A stretch of 64,000 bases of DNA from Haliotis rufescens. Taxonomy: Eukaryota. The DNA is taken from the NCBI RefSeq assembly GCF_023055435.1, contig NW_025964372.1, positions 5,332,001 through 5,396,000 on the forward strand. The letters run 5' to 3'. Of the stretch, positions 1-13,896 are shown piece by piece; within the stretch, counting starts at the first letter, position 1, and each line of letters starts with the position of its first letter. The translations under genes and the position numbers were made by a program. Below the pieces are notes generated by a model. It was not told where the DNA came from, ran no database searches, and saw only the letters and a list, made by a program, of their open reading frames with translations.

Positions 1-1017
1 AAGGATACCAGGAGTCACATACCTTTACATCCTGGAGTAGTCCGGAGCTCACCTGCACAGGTGCGCAACAATCCACTTTGTGTGCTCGTTGCGAGCTTAA
101 CGCGTTTCTATAAGGCCACTGAAACGATCACGTGACTAGAGTCGCCAATCCATTTGCGTAGACTGCTCATTGATCTGATATGACGTAGGATTCGAACAAA
201 AACATGCTGCACGTTGACACCAAATGAAATCATAGCTCCCGGTCCGTGCTTTGTAATCCGCAAATTGTAAAACTGAAATATCTCAATATCGCCTCCTAAC
301 TCGCATGACTTTTATAGAACGTGAATATAGCCGATTTTAGTGACTCGGACAACCACGGACACTTAATACAACTAGGACAACACATGCTATGGCATCGTTC
401 GATGTCCAGTAGACAATGCGGTGTCTACATAATGACAACTGTCTTATGGCTATAGTATGGTGCATACTGGCACAAGGCTTGTTATCCCAGAATATATAAA
501 TAAATTCTTATTTGCACTTTATTGAAGTTTCTTGACTTTGGGTTTGTCCTGATATGCCAAGTATATTTGTCATGTACATATTATGTTTGATAGTTTCCTC
601 AAGTGAGGATAATTCATTACTTTTATATTCACATTTTCTGCCACAGAGTATGTGAGCTGCATTTTAATCGCTTTGAGCAGCATTTCACCATACGTGTGTA
701 GCGACCAGAACTGGGATACGACCAGAACTGGGATAAACACCGTAGAGAATTATATGCGGGTCTTTAAACGTTTTCCAGTTTGGTGATCCCATCAATCAAG
801 GATCATCATCATTGCTAATTTGGGATTCGAACGCGGGATCTTTAGATGTCATGCATACGAAAACGCAACTCTGCACATCGAATTGAGGATCCTTAGGAAC
901 TTGACCGACCATGCCACTCGCCAATCCCAAGTATCAGAGTGTTACCTCCTGCAGATATATTGTAATGTTAAATAAATATACAGATTTCATTTCAATACAT
1001 ACCATACAAGTATTTGT

Positions 1018-1020
<3 letters not shown>

Positions 1021-1061
<41 letters not shown>
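1021..1061. repeat. (GT)n microsatellite, ~20 units
   Basis: Direct reading; explains the VCVCVC ORFs at 911 and 1014. Confidence 0.98.
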
Positions 1062-1062
<1 letters not shown>

Positions 1063-1444
1063 CTCATACAACTATGACAACATATGTTATGGCATCGGTC
1101 GGTGTCCAAACAATAATGCGTTGTCTATACACCATGACAAATAACATGGTTCATACTGGTACAAGGCAATTTATCACATGCAGTCAATACACATGTGTCA
1201 CAGTCTGTAATTAGTAAACTGAAATACAGATTCCGCAAAAAACACAAACCGTTTACGATCTTGCCCGATCAGGACGTAGATGTGCGTTGTATCTTTCAGC
1301 CAATCAAAACGCCAGGGCTACTGACCTAGGAGTTTCCCCGACAGAGCACTCGGTTTGACTTCATTTAGCTCACCTGCGTGCTCATAGGCAAAGAGTAACT
1401 CCAAGCTGGAGTTTTGACTATATTTCAGCCCGCCGTCAATTGTG

Positions 1445-1830
1445 CAGACGACTCCAGATTCACCCTAGAATTCCTTGATAGACGTGGTCGTGTTTGGAGA
1501 CGAGCCAGTGGACATTACGCCAACGTTAATGTCCATCAGCACGACGTGTGGTGTGGTGGGTCAGTGACGTGTGGTGTGGTTGGTCAGTGATGTTAGGGTT
1601 GTCGTCACCATGGAGGACAGAACACAAATCCATGGGAGTGTTACAGAACAGTATTACCCTGACATCATACTGACACATATCGTGCTACTGTTTGCACCAC
1701 GCGCTAGTCGACGTATTGCACACGGTAGTGGGATCGTCACTTCCTACTTGCATCAACAGGACAACACCACATTACCAGCACTGAAAGCCGACAGAGCACC
1801 AGTGGGACATCATCGCCATCAACATCCCAA
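1445..1830 (+). mobile_element. Decayed Tc1-family transposase fragment
   Basis: Translates piecewise to DDSRFTLEFLDRRGRVWRR...GGSV...QQDN...PAL, matching the Tc1 motifs FSDESRF, DGR.RVWRR, GGGSVMVW, QQDNA and WPA; frameshifted and deleted. Confidence 0.7.
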
Positions 1831-2784
1831 CCCCACTAGCTGAACCATAGGCCTTTCGCTTCGAAAATAAGCGGGCTATGATTCCCAAAGTCACGTCGCA
1901 TTAACTGGGAACCAAAAAAAGCATTATCTGATCCGAGGGTATGAAGGTTTAAAATGATTGTTCAGGTTAACATTTGCAATTAAGTACACCACCCCGTAAG
2001 TAGTGATACAATTAAACAAATTATTATGGTTAAATTCAGGAGACACACACCATTCATGCATACATTTGTGGAGTCACTTTATGTCACGTGTAAACAGTTT
2101 CTGGCTATGTTTTGTCAGCATTTGTAAAGGTTTCGAGTAATACGGAAGTAAACCAACCAACTGGTCCTTGTTCGATCTGCCCTGTCACGTGTCTCAGGCT
2201 ATGTCATCTGATATTATTCAACCACTAAACATGGAGCTCAACACATTTTCTCATCATGTTCAAACAAATAAATAAATGTGTATGTATAACCCTAGGTATG
2301 CTTCCATTTGCACTTTCGTCAAAGTACTGACGAAGATTACAAAGTTTACATGCAAGGATGTACTATCCTGACTTTCGACAATGATGTGACTATGTACACA
2401 GCAAATCTATTCCACGAAAGTAGAAAATTAACAATCGCTGATAAACTCCAAGTATTTACATGTATCCCCAGCAGCTGGGCAGAGAGTAAATGTTGAGAAA
2501 AGTGATCATGTACTCGTACATGTGCGAGGCCAATCCGTGGTTCAAATACACGCACCAAAAGTCAAGTAGATATGTGTGTCAATTATGCCTTTTTTCATAC
2601 AAGCTTGAAACTTGGAACAAAGGTCGCTCTTGGTGCGCTTGGTTAAAAGAACGTTTCATGGGTGGAGTCACTTCAATTTCGCTTTCTGTCGGTGATGGTT
2701 ACCGAGGCGATCATTCTGGTTGACAAACAGGATCAAGAGGGTCAACAGGTATGGCTTATAAAGAACTTCCTGATAAAAGCTGAG

Positions 2785-4260
2785 TTACATTTCACGGATA
2801 TAGAATTTCCGCGAAGTAAAGTAAGAATGCACCGTGTTCATGATACGTAACTAAGGCATATACCACAGGGGAGTGTGTGTTGAGGGGGCGGGGGTACACG
2901 CACAATTGTGTCTGTAAGCGTACCAGTAGCCTATGACCGTAGTTCGATTCCCAGAATTACACAGACATTACAGATGTTGTGTCTTGGTTTGCCAGCAACA
3001 GAACCATCGGTGGTCCGTACTGTTATAAATATGACGTAAAGAAGCATCTGTTTCATCAATTTCCATTTAGCGAATATTGGAGAAATATAGTTTGAGTGGC
3101 TGGTGTTTTAATCCGCAATTTGTCATTTCAATTTAGAATTAAGTTAATCTAGCATAACGTCGATAATATCTCAATTTGTCAATATTCAATGTCAGAATGT
3201 TATCTGTTTCTAATAAGGGAAACGTTCATATTCAACACATCATTATGATCCAGATCCTCAATTATCCAGTGTATCATACATCATTTCTATGATTATATAT
3301 ATCCTAGACCTAATACTTTACACAGAATTTCTCTCGCTGATAAGCTCGAGTTGTGAAAGATGTGCAGTGGAAATCACATTCGCCATCTCCAGCTGCATTT
3401 TACATTTCACGGATCATTCTTTCCAATCAGTAATAGAAATTCAAACAATCGTCATATAGTAATAGTTTAAGGTTTTATTACGATTACAGCCTCATAACAT
3501 ACTCAATGTTTACACAGTATAGCAGAAATAAAGGGTTCTATATCCAAGCAGGGGTACATCAACATTGTTACAATAATGAAATCAAGTGAGGTATCTTTCT
3601 CACCAAAGTACCGCACACATGAGCAATCAATCGTTAAAGTATGTAACATATCTCAGGGAGCTGCATGTCCCACATAGGGGTACATAGTCTCGTTGTCTTG
3701 GGTAATGTTACATTTCACGGATCATCCTGTATATATTAGTCAGTGTCTATAATCATGCAATATGTATATGACCATTGGCGCTTGAGCTCAGTGATAACAG
3801 TTGAAGTCATTTCACTACCATTATCACTGCAAAATCCGAGGTGGACCATGCAATAATAAACTGCCCATCAGCCCTCCCCCCGCAGCACCTTCAGATGTCA
3901 GTGGACGCAATACACAATACTTCGTGAGATCGTCCTGATACACCACTATCCACTTGTACGAGCCCTTAACCATTGGCTACATGTCGACCAGGTCGATCTG
4001 GCCCGGAGATGACATCAGATTGCTTCCAATATATTGTGTAAACTGCTTACTCAAATCGTATGATCATAATAGATCCAAATTAAAATGATATTAAATTAAT
4101 ATGTATACTGACTGAATATTTTCAGCCAATATCGATATTGCCTTGTTTATAGACGAGGCAGGTCCACCATGCAGACAGGCATGCTGTGGGGCAGGGCTTG
4201 CTCCAGTAATTCATTCACCCTCTCCAACTGTACATTTCACGGATCATTCTTTCCAGAACA
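2785..4260 (-). pseudogene. Decayed remnants of further death-domain exon and 3' UTR copies
   Basis: The exon-end motif TTACATTTCACGGAT (reverse complement encodes IREM*) recurs at ~2785, 3400, 3707 and 4231 (and ~5790), several with matching downstream sequence. Confidence 0.6.
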
Positions 4261-4604
4261 GTAATAGAAAACTCAAGATAATCTGCATATTGTAATCTTT
4301 TTAACGTTTTATTAAGATTAACGTTTCATAATATATCCAATGTTGTCACAGTATAGGAGAAATAAAGAGTTCATAATCCACGCAGGGGTACATGAACATT
4401 GTTTACAATGACAAAAATATTCAAGTGAGTTATCATTATAACAAAACTGCTGCACACATGTAGTCCATGTTAAGGAAACATTCGTTAATGCAGGGACACT
4501 ATACTAAGATATATACAGACTCCCTGGTTAAAATATGTAATATATCTCGGGGAGCTGAAGTTTCTTTCTGCCACATGAGTATATGGTGTCAGTCTTTGGT
4601 AGTG

Positions 4605-4943
4605 TTACATTTCACGGATCACACTGTACACACGAGGCATGTCTACCGTGCAGACAGACATGCTGTCGGACAGAACTTGAACCAGTACTTCAACAGTTGC
4701 TTGTCTCCCCTTCAGTTGTCTCCACGTGTTTAACATGACGAATATCTGCATCTGAGGTGATGACTGTGACAGCGTGCATCTCTTCACACTGACATACGGA
4801 AGGCCCAGTCTCAGTCCCAGGACCTGGAAACCCCCACCAATGTGTTGGGACACCTGCATTAGTGCCCTCTCGGACACACAGGACCTTCTTTCATCTTCTG
4901 TCAGGCGGTCCTCGTCCTCCAGGTCCTCGTCTGGCGGCACCAG
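4605..4943 (-). CDS. Death-domain-encoding terminal exon, copy 1 (gene or pseudogene fragment)
   Basis: Polypyrimidine tract plus AG acceptor at 4945-4944, then LVPPDE...SERALMQVSQHIGGGFQVLGLRLGL...QIFVMLNTWRQLKGRQATVEVLVQVL...IREM*, which fits the death-domain pattern (LG.W/F..LA..LGL ... ML..W....G..AT...L). No clean upstream exon was found; the candidate at ~5405-5595 has an in-frame stop. Confidence 0.72.
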   Translation of the reverse strand: MVPPDEDLEDEDRLTEDERRSCVSERALMQVSQHIGGGFQVLGLRLGLPYVSVKRCTLSQSSPQMQIFVMLNTWRQLKGRQATVEVLVQVLSDSMSVCTVDMPRVYSVIREM

Positions 4944-6151
4944 CTGGCGACAGTGGGAGAAACAGTGAGTTCAGCATGTGACATGAGTAGATAGAATATC
5001 AGTAGTTTTATTTGCGCCAAAAGTAACTTTCAACTTCTATGGGGAATAAATAAGTGTATTGTCAGATCAATATGTATCGATACACAAAGTGACATTGGTA
5101 AAGGTGATGCGTCAGTAGGGATTGGGAAGAAAAGGGTATTTAAAAAATGAAGTTATAAATGATATAGATTCATTCCTTGAAATATTTATCATGCTTGGCC
5201 TTCGATGGTTATATACATTCAAATTCCAAACATAGATGAAATGTGATTGAAAACTGTTTATTTCAGGGCTACTTATTATCACTTGATAAATGGATCAACT
5301 CATCTTGGGGGAGCTGTTTTGGGATAGGAATTACGACGGACGAAACAAAGTAAATTAACCACAGATCAGAAACTGAGGACATATAGCGGCAGGTGGAGTG
5401 ACCTACCTGATATCCTGACCAGACACAGCAACACAGGTTTATCGTGTTGAGGCATATTCTTCTGAAGGTTGACAACCTGTTACATCTTCTGCCTGCCATG
5501 AGTATAGGACTCCGGGAGCGTTCTCTCCGACCGACTGCAGATCAACTGACAGGCCCTCTAATATCTTTACGTCATATAAGGTAAATCGCAATACCTGAAT
5601 CGACGGATCTATTGGTTTGACAATGTGTACATGTACATATAAAACTGGAAAAGTTAAACAGGTTAACTTTGTACTGTTATTTATAAGTGATCCGTTAAAT
5701 GGTCAGTAAGCAGATCAACCTATAGAGACACAGTTGGTATCACTTTTATACACAGAGTGCGTACGTTTTCATTTTATACTTCGGTAATGTAACAGTTCAC
5801 GGATTACCCTGTATACGGGCGGTATGTTTACCGTGCACAAAGGCATGCTGCCATTCTTTCAAAAACAGTTATAAAAAAATCACAAGAAAGTAGTATTGTT
5901 GTACTTTGAGGTTTTATTAGGATTACAGCTTCATAAAATATCCCATGTTTACACAGCAGAGAGGAAATAAAGGGTTCAAAATCCAAGGAGCATTATTACA
6001 ATAATGAAATCATCAGGCGAGTTATCGTTTTATCAAAAGAGCTGCACACATGAAGCCATGTCAAAGAAACATTCTTGAAAGCATTTAAATATCACAGGCA
6101 GCTGAAGTTTCTTTCTGCCACATGAGTATATGGTGTCAGTCTTAGGTAGTG

Positions 6152-6475
6152 TTACATTTCACGGATCACCCTGTACACACGAGGCATGTCTACCGTGCAG
6201 ACAGACATGCTGTCGGACAAAGCTTGAACCAGTACTTCAACAGTTGCTTGTCTCCCCTTCAGTTGTCTCCACGTGTTTAACATGACGAATATCTGCATCT
6301 GAGGTGATGACTGTGACAGCGTGCATCTCTCCACACTGACATACGGAAGGCCAAGTCTCAGTCCCAGGACCTGGAAACCCCCACCAATGTGTTGGGACAC
6401 CTGCATTAGTGCCCTCTCGGACACACAGGACCTTCTTTCATCTTCTGTCAGGAGGTCCTCGTCTGGCGGCACCAG
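6152..6475 (-). CDS. Death-domain-encoding terminal exon, copy 2 (tandem paralogue)
   Basis: Near-identical to copy 1 (15-nt in-frame deletion, a few substitutions) with the same acceptor; part of a ~1.55-kb tandem duplication. Confidence 0.72.
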   Translation of the reverse strand: MVPPDEDLLTEDERRSCVSERALMQVSQHIGGGFQVLGLRLGLPYVSVERCTLSQSSPQMQIFVMLNTWRQLKGRQATVEVLVQALSDSMSVCTVDMPRVYRVIREM

Positions 6476-7731
6476 CTGGCGACAGTGGGAGAAACAGCGA
6501 GTTCAGCATGTGACATGAGTAGATAGAATATCAGTCTAGTTTAATGTGTGCCAAAAGTAACGTTCAACTTCTAATGGGAATAAATAAATGTATTTTCATA
6601 TCAATATGTATCGATATGCGTCTGTAGGGATTGGGAAGAAAATGTATTAAAAAATGAAGCCATAAATAAATAGATTCATTCCTTGAAATATTTATCATGC
6701 TTGGCCTTCGATGGGTATAGACATGTACATTCAAATTCCAAACACAAATAATTTGTGATTGAAAACTATTTATTTCAGGGCTACTCATTATCACTTGATA
6801 ATGCTGATTTCGGATAGGAATTACGACGGACGAAACAAAGTAAATTAACCGCAGAAAATAAGAATGTTAACGGGATGGAAGTTATGACGGACGGAATAAA
6901 CTAGATTAACAAAAGAAATTGAGGATGTATAGCGGCAGGTGGAGTGACCTACCTGATATCCTGACCAGACACAGCAGCACAGGTTCTTCATGTTGAGACC
7001 TACTCTTCTGAAGGACGGCGGCCTGTTACATCTCCCTGCCATGTGTACAGCGACTGCCAGAGCGTTCTCTCCCCTACTGCAGATCAACTGACAGGCTCGC
7101 TAATGTCTTTACGTTTTATCGGAAATTCTGATTCGGCGGATCTATTTTTATCACAATATCTACACATAAAATTGGAAGACTTAAACACGTAAACTTTGCA
7201 TTGTTATTTATAACTGATCCGTGTAATGAAACAAGCGTGATATACTATTGTGTCATGCGTTACCCGTTTGCCCAATATTGATTAATACAATTTGCGGATC
7301 CTAGGAGTGCAGTGACAGAATGTCTTCATGCTGTATGAACATGCACTGCCCATCCTAAATCACGCCTAAAACACCCAAGACTAAAAAGACAACTATTATT
7401 GTATCTGTTACACACTGTGTTATGATTGTTTTAACGTAATTTAATATCAAAACCCTTCAAAGGCTTTCAATTCCGTGAATTGTAAATGTGGCATCATGTT
7501 TTATGTCACCATCGGAAGCGACAGGAAACGAGTACATTATGACAGACACAATAGATACGCGGAATAATAAAACTGCTAGGGTCAGATCACCAGTTTACTC
7601 ATTTTTATGCACTTCCTGGTTGGTCACATGAGGGAGATAACTGTGAACAACACTTCGTGAATTTCAAGTTTATCAACACTATTACTGTTAAATATTGTGC
7701 AGTTGAAATCAAATATCTAAAATATAAGGCG

Positions 7732-7890
7732 NNNNNNNNNNNNNNNNNNNNNNNNNNNNNNNNNNNNNNNNNNNNNNNNNNNNNNNNNNNNNNNNNNNNN
7801 NNNNNNNNNNNNNNNNNNNNNNNNNNNNNNNNNNNNNNNNNNNNNNNNNNNNNNNNNNNNNNNNNNNNNNNNNNNNNNNNNNNNNNNNNN
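7732..7890. other. Assembly gap (N run)
   Basis: Run of N. Confidence 1.
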
Positions 7891-8023
7891 TGTTTCCTTA
7901 CTATCGGAGTCCGAACTAACGGGGTTTAGCAGTGACAGTCTCTCTATGGTAGTCTACTCTTGTTTCCCCGCGTATTATATAGACCCCCATATCATTGATA
8001 ACCTTATAATAAGTTCATCACTC

Positions 8024-8081
8024 GTTGATAAAAGTGGAAAAACTCCTCGGCAGCCCTCAGACTTTTTCCACTTTTATCAAC
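8024..8081. repeat. Perfect 19-bp inverted repeat with 20-nt spacer, probably part of a DNA element
   Basis: GTTGATAAAAGTGGAAAAA ... TTTTTCCACTTTTATCAAC. Confidence 0.85.
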
Positions 8082-9094
8082 TCGTGTTGATAGATTTTAT
8101 ATGAAAAGACACTCGGATGAGAATCTGTATGTACATAAAACTGAATATTTTATAAATACTAGTATAAGTATCTTATAGTCCTATCCACAGGACCATGTAG
8201 ATCTAACTATAATAATAATGAACAAACTCACACAAAAATTCGTGGACGAGGTCTGGTCTGCGAGTCTGTTTGTTATTATTATTAGTTGCATGGTCCTGTG
8301 GCCTATCGTATTTATTCAGTACATGTAGATCTATGTCAGAGTACCGGGGATGGGGATGTTCTTACCATTTAAATGATAGCTTTTCCTTCAGGTGCTCAAA
8401 AAGTGATATTGAAACAATAGTCGTTATCATACAAATGCAAAGTACACACGTTTTATATCTTCATGGAAATTAAGAGTGTTTACTGTAATCAAACAGTAGA
8501 TGTCTGGCATAAACAGGCTAGACGCCTGGGCGTATAAGCCTAAGGCGTCTCTGAAATACTAGTAAATAGACGTCCAGGCGTCTATATTCCGTAATTTGCG
8601 GTACCCCGAGGAACCGGTTGACAAAATATTTATCTTACCGGCATAAATTTCGTTCATAGAAAACGATTTCATTCTATGGGCCGGGGATCGAACAGTTTCA
8701 CGGACATCCTGACAGCTAGCAGACGACATAGCATGACTGGTACCCTGCCCTTCGCCTTCTAGCAGCTGTGGTGCGACGAGGAGCGCAAGCGCTCTAAGAC
8801 AGAAAAACCAGACATAACCACATCCACAGTGATCTCCCTTGCATTACCATCGGAAATGCTCGGTTAAGTTCGCTAAACCGTATTTATATGCGTCTTGTTT
8901 CGATGACACATTAGAAATTCGGCATTTCCAAGAGGGGTATGTGAAATTTGTACCAATCATCCGTCAGCGAAGCACAAGGTAGAAAATTCAGTAGAGACTA
9001 TTTTCATGCACGGGAAGGTAAATATTTTCAACAGCTATAAAGTCTAACTATACATACGACACACTATATTTTGTGTCGGGATGTGAAGTGCTTA

Positions 9095-9944
9095 TGCCCC
9101 CATTTCTCTACGACCACGAATATGCCGAATCACCCCGAATTGTAAATTTTTCATTTTCGTAGATAAATCTCAGTCATTTCTTGAAGTTCTTAAATGAATC
9201 TTATTTGATTCACAAACATTCGTACAGTTCGCGGGAGTTCGTCGAATCGGCGAGAAAGTTTTTGTTTGTCAAAAACTTTCGTGGAAGGGTCCCCGAATTG
9301 CAAATTCGTGGCTGTATCGTAATCCTTTCGTAATTAATTGTTATGTTCCGTACAGCTTCGTAATCGATTCTTTTGCATTCTTGACTATTCTTAGCGATTC
9401 GTGGGTCACAAAATTTCTTGTCCTCAACCCGAAAACATCCCGAAACAGCCACGGATGTCCCGAGTCAACTACGAATCATGTAAGAATTAAGTATGAACAA
9501 CAAAATTCCCCAAGGACCAGGACCAGAGCAACACGTGCTCTCCGTTGAACCCCCATGGTGGAAATGATTGTTGACCGGTACTTATCAGGAAAAGTACCGA
9601 TTTTCGCAAACTACTCGTAAATATGTCGTATTAGTCGCATCTTATTCGTTGCGATCGTCCAGCATTCGTACATGCATACGGCATATTCGTAAGTCGTAGG
9701 TGATTCTTACAATTTGTGCATGATCCATACGTGAATCTTGTAATTCGTACATGTTTCTTAACCCATTCCTGGCATTCTTCATATTTTTTCAACCTAATTA
9801 GCCACGAGTACTCGTAACTCCGTCGTACCTGTGCCGTAACTGCTTCGTACCTCCTACCTATTCTCACGAAAGTTTGCATATTTGGCCAAATTCTTACGAT
9901 TCGGGGTAATTCGGGATATTCGTGGTCGTAGTGAAAGCGGGGCA
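9095..9944. mobile_element. Non-autonomous PIF/Harbinger-like element
   Basis: ~50-bp imperfect TIRs (TGCCCC..TTTC.CTACGACCACGAATAT.CCGAAT.ACCCCGAAT) flanked by TTA on both sides; interior rich in ATTCGT/ACGAAT motifs; no real ORF. Confidence 0.8.
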
Positions 9945-10777
9945 TTAGGCTGCTAACCTCCTTTCGGAACGTGGGATTCAGGGTCAGTTTAGAGACTCAG
10001 TGTATTAGGAATTCATAGTGTGGCACACGGTACGCAAATTAAATAAAATTTGGTACGCAGTTTCAAAATTTAAAAGAAAAATAATTCCCTTCATATTTTG
10101 TATTTTATCGATAGTTTGTCAGCAATTTAAATCGCACCCTTTTCTAAATGATTCTCAGATTTGTGTAAAGTAGTATTCGGGATTCAAGGGATGGGTGTTG
10201 ACATCACCAGGGCTGGAATCTTTTTTTTAAAAAGTGTGTTTTATAAATTCAGATTTTTCACACACACATTTTAAGTATTCCCTTAATGTCCTGAATGGTT
10301 TGTTTTGTTGCCCTTAAAATATTTCATTGGAAAGAAAAACGTGTTTGTATTGATAAACGTAGTTCAAAAATAAAATATTCACTATTAAGTTAGTGAACAA
10401 TCCCAGCACCCCTTCCGATTGATTAATGTACACAAGACTTATTTATTCGCGTATAATAAGCACTCGTTATATGCACACTTAATTATGGGCAATTAAATTC
10501 GGGAAAAATATATCTGTCGTACATAAACATTTCAGGCTGTCAGCATAAACCACGAAATTCATCTTTCAACTCAACTTTTTTTACACCAAAATAATATTCT
10601 AATTTTGAGAGCGCCCTGTGCGCTTTTTACGTCGAATGCGGTAATTAAGTCTACGCTAATGTTTTTGCATTTATTATTAACTCTAACGTTAATTTCGAGA
10701 TTGACAGTACATACCATTTAAAAGAATTTAAAGAACCCCCGATTCCTTCATATGACTATGGTTAGTCATTAGAGGAA

Positions 10778-10853
10778 GCGATAGAGCGATAGAGCGAGAA
10801 AGCGATAGAGCGATAAAGCGAGAAAGCGATAGAGCGAGAAAGCGAGAAAGCGA
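10778..10853. repeat. 8-bp tandem repeat (GCGATAGA/GCGAGAAA)
   Basis: Direct reading, about 9 units. Confidence 0.9.
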
Positions 10854-11989
10854 TGTCCCCTCTCGGCCACCATAGTTTAGCGATGAATCACGATTTCGTC
10901 TTCACCGGCGAAATGGAAGACAACGCGTTTATCGCCCGCCGGATCGCATTCGAGAGAATCGGGACGCTGTCGGGACAGATTTGGTCGGTTTTTAGCATGC
11001 GTAAGATACAAATAGGATCACATTCGGATTGAGAATCGGGACGAATTCGGCTGGAAACGGCTGAATCGGGACGCTTCCTGAACAATATCTGATTGTTTGT
11101 GAATTTCCCGCCACGAATCACAGGATCTTGATAAAACCTTTAACAAATTTTAATCAGGAATGGTCCTACCAAGGACGGCAGTAAAAATCCTGAATCTGTG
11201 ACTGAGCCCTAACTGAATGATTTGTGAAAACGACATAAATAATAAACTTGCCCAATAAACCCGTGACAACGTTTATGACTTTGCAAGTGAAAACTGCTTT
11301 TCGGTTTCCCAAGAAAGCGAATCTTCGATATTAACTCAATCAACATCTTTGTGACATTTTATCAGTGTAAAAGTACATGTACACTTTGTTTACATGCAGC
11401 AACATGGCATACGTTTCATAATCCCCGAAAATTTATTATTCTTGTTTTTAAAATATATGTTGATTAAAAAGATGCATGTGCAAGGTGAAAACAACCGCAT
11501 TCATTATGTTACTTTAATATTTCACGACCTTCATACATGCATGTACTACAAGTCACTTTCTTCAAGAAACAAGAACATTAAACATTCATTGATGACTATT
11601 CATTGCGTTCTCATTGCCTGTCCCCGAGGCGAGGTGGAGTCATTGTTAAACGTGTACTTGATAACTGTGATAATTAATTTTTTCTCAGAATAAATAGACT
11701 TAGGTCTTGACTGATAATTACTTTCTGATAGCCAAAGATTTGGCAAAGGATTCCAGGTGAGATGGAAATTGTGTTAATTTTATATGTATGAATCTTTTTC
11801 AGTGTCGTTTGGAACTTGTTTATTTATTTTACAAAACCATTTCAAATAGCTCACCCATGACCTAATAATGCCTACGGTTATGGCTACAGGAGATGGTTTC
11901 ATACACGGTCATTTTTAAATCAAGACTCAGAGGAACCTGTTCTGTTGAATGCTGACCAGGTCGTCGCATTTTTAAGGTAAGGTGAGGTT

Positions 11990-13775
11990 TGTTGACATCG
12001 GTTTGTGTAACGCCTCGCTGGGCAATATTCAAGCTATATGACGTCGGCTTGTGTAACGCTTCGCTTGGCAATATTCAAGCTATATGACGTCGGCTTGTGT
12101 AACGCCTCGCTTGGCAATTTCCAGCTATATGACGTCGGCTTGTGTAACGCTTCGCCTGGCAATATTCCAGCTATGTGACGTCGGCTTGTGTAACGTCTCA
12201 CTAGGCAATATTCCAGCTATGTGACGTCGGTTTGTGTAACGATTCGCTTGGCAATTTCAAGCTATATGACGTCGGCTTGTGTAACGCTTCGCTTGGCCAT
12301 TTCCAGCTATATGACGTCGGCTTGTGTAACGCTTCGCCTGGCAATATTCCAGCTATGTGACGTCGGCTTGTGTAACGTCTCACTAGACAATATTCAAGCT
12401 ATGTGACGTCGGTTTGTGTAACGCCTCGCTGGGCAATATTCCAGCTATATGACGTCGGCTTGTGTAACGCCTCGCTTGGCAATATTCCAGCTATATGACG
12501 TCGGCTTGTGTAACGTCTCGCTTGGCAATATTCCAGCTATATGACGTCGGCTTGTGTAACGTCTCGCTGGGCAATATTCCAGCTATATGACGTCGGCTTG
12601 TTTAACGTCTCACTAGGCAATATTCCAGCTACATGCCATCGGCTTGTGTAACGTCTCACTAGGCAATATTCCAGCTATGTGACGTCGGTTTGTGTAACGA
12701 TTCGCTTGGCAATTTCCAGCTATATGACGTCGGCTTGTGTAACGCTTCGCTTGGCCATTTCCAGCTATATGACGTCGGCTTGTGTAACGCTTCGCCTGGC
12801 AATATTCCAGCTATGTGACGTCGGCTTGTGTAACGTCTCACTAGACAATATTCAAGCTATGTGACGTCGGTTTGTGTAACGCCTCGCTGGGCAATATTCC
12901 AGCTATATGACGTCGGCTTGTGTAACGCCTCGCTTGGCAATATTCAAGCTATATGACGTCGGCTTGTGTAACGTCTCGCTTGGCAATATTCCAGCTATAT
13001 GACGTCGGCTTGTGTAACGTCTCGCTGGGCAATATTCCAGCTATATGACGTCGGCTTGTTTAACGTCTCACTAGGCAATATTCCAGCTATATGACGTCGG
13101 CTTGTGTAACGTCTCGCTGGGCAATATTCCAGCTATATGACGTCGGTTTGTTTAACGTCTCACTAGGCAATATTCCAGCTATATGACGCCGGTTTGATTA
13201 ACGTCTCAAGAGGCAATATTCCAGCTATATGACGTCGGCTTGTGTAACTTCTCACTAGGCAATATTCAAGCTATATGACGTCGGCTTGTGTAACGTCTCA
13301 CTTGGCAATATTCCAGCTATATTACGTCGGTTTGTTTAACGTCTCACTAGGTAATATTTCAGCCATATGCCATTGGCTTGTGTAACGTCTCACTTGGCAA
13401 TATCCCAGCTATATGACGTCGGTTTGATTAACGTCTCAATAGGCAATATCCCAGCTATATGACGTCAGCTTGTGTAACACCTCGCTGGGCAATATTCAAG
13501 CTATATGACGTCGGCTTGTGTGACGTCTCACTAGGCAATATTCCAGCTATATGACGTCGGCTTGTGTAACGCCTTGCTGGGCAATATTCAAGCTATATGA
13601 CGTCGGCTTGTTTAACGTCTCACTAGGCAATATCCCAGCTATATGACGTCAGCTTGTGTAACGCCTCGCTGGGCAATATTCTAGCTATATGACGTCGGCT
13701 TGTGTAACGTCTCACTTGGCAATATCCCAGCTATATGACGTCGGTTTGTTAACGTCTCACTAGCTAATATTCCCC
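11990..13775. repeat. 46-bp minisatellite (~38 units) derived from the family C 3' tail
   Basis: Unit GCTTGTGTAACGYCTCGCTTGGCAATATTCCAGCTATATGACGTCG; a 458-bp block is duplicated (12201 vs 12659). Confidence 0.95.
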
Positions 13776-13896
13776 TCTCGGCAATGTTCCAGCTCGAGTT
13801 CGGAAAGACAAACCGGTGACTACTATTATGTGCAGCGTCCTTCTCGCAATGAACCAAGTCAGCGAACCTGGCAACACCGTCCGCCTCAGACGAGAA

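Noticed and set aside
7657-7929. ORFs spanning N runs (also 30986-31276)
   Set aside because: Gap artefacts.
11990-13775. CRISPR-like appearance of regularly spaced repeats (also 13.9-15.5 kb and 28.2-30.4 kb)
   Set aside because: Units are contiguous with no unique spacers, there are no cas genes, and the context is eukaryotic.
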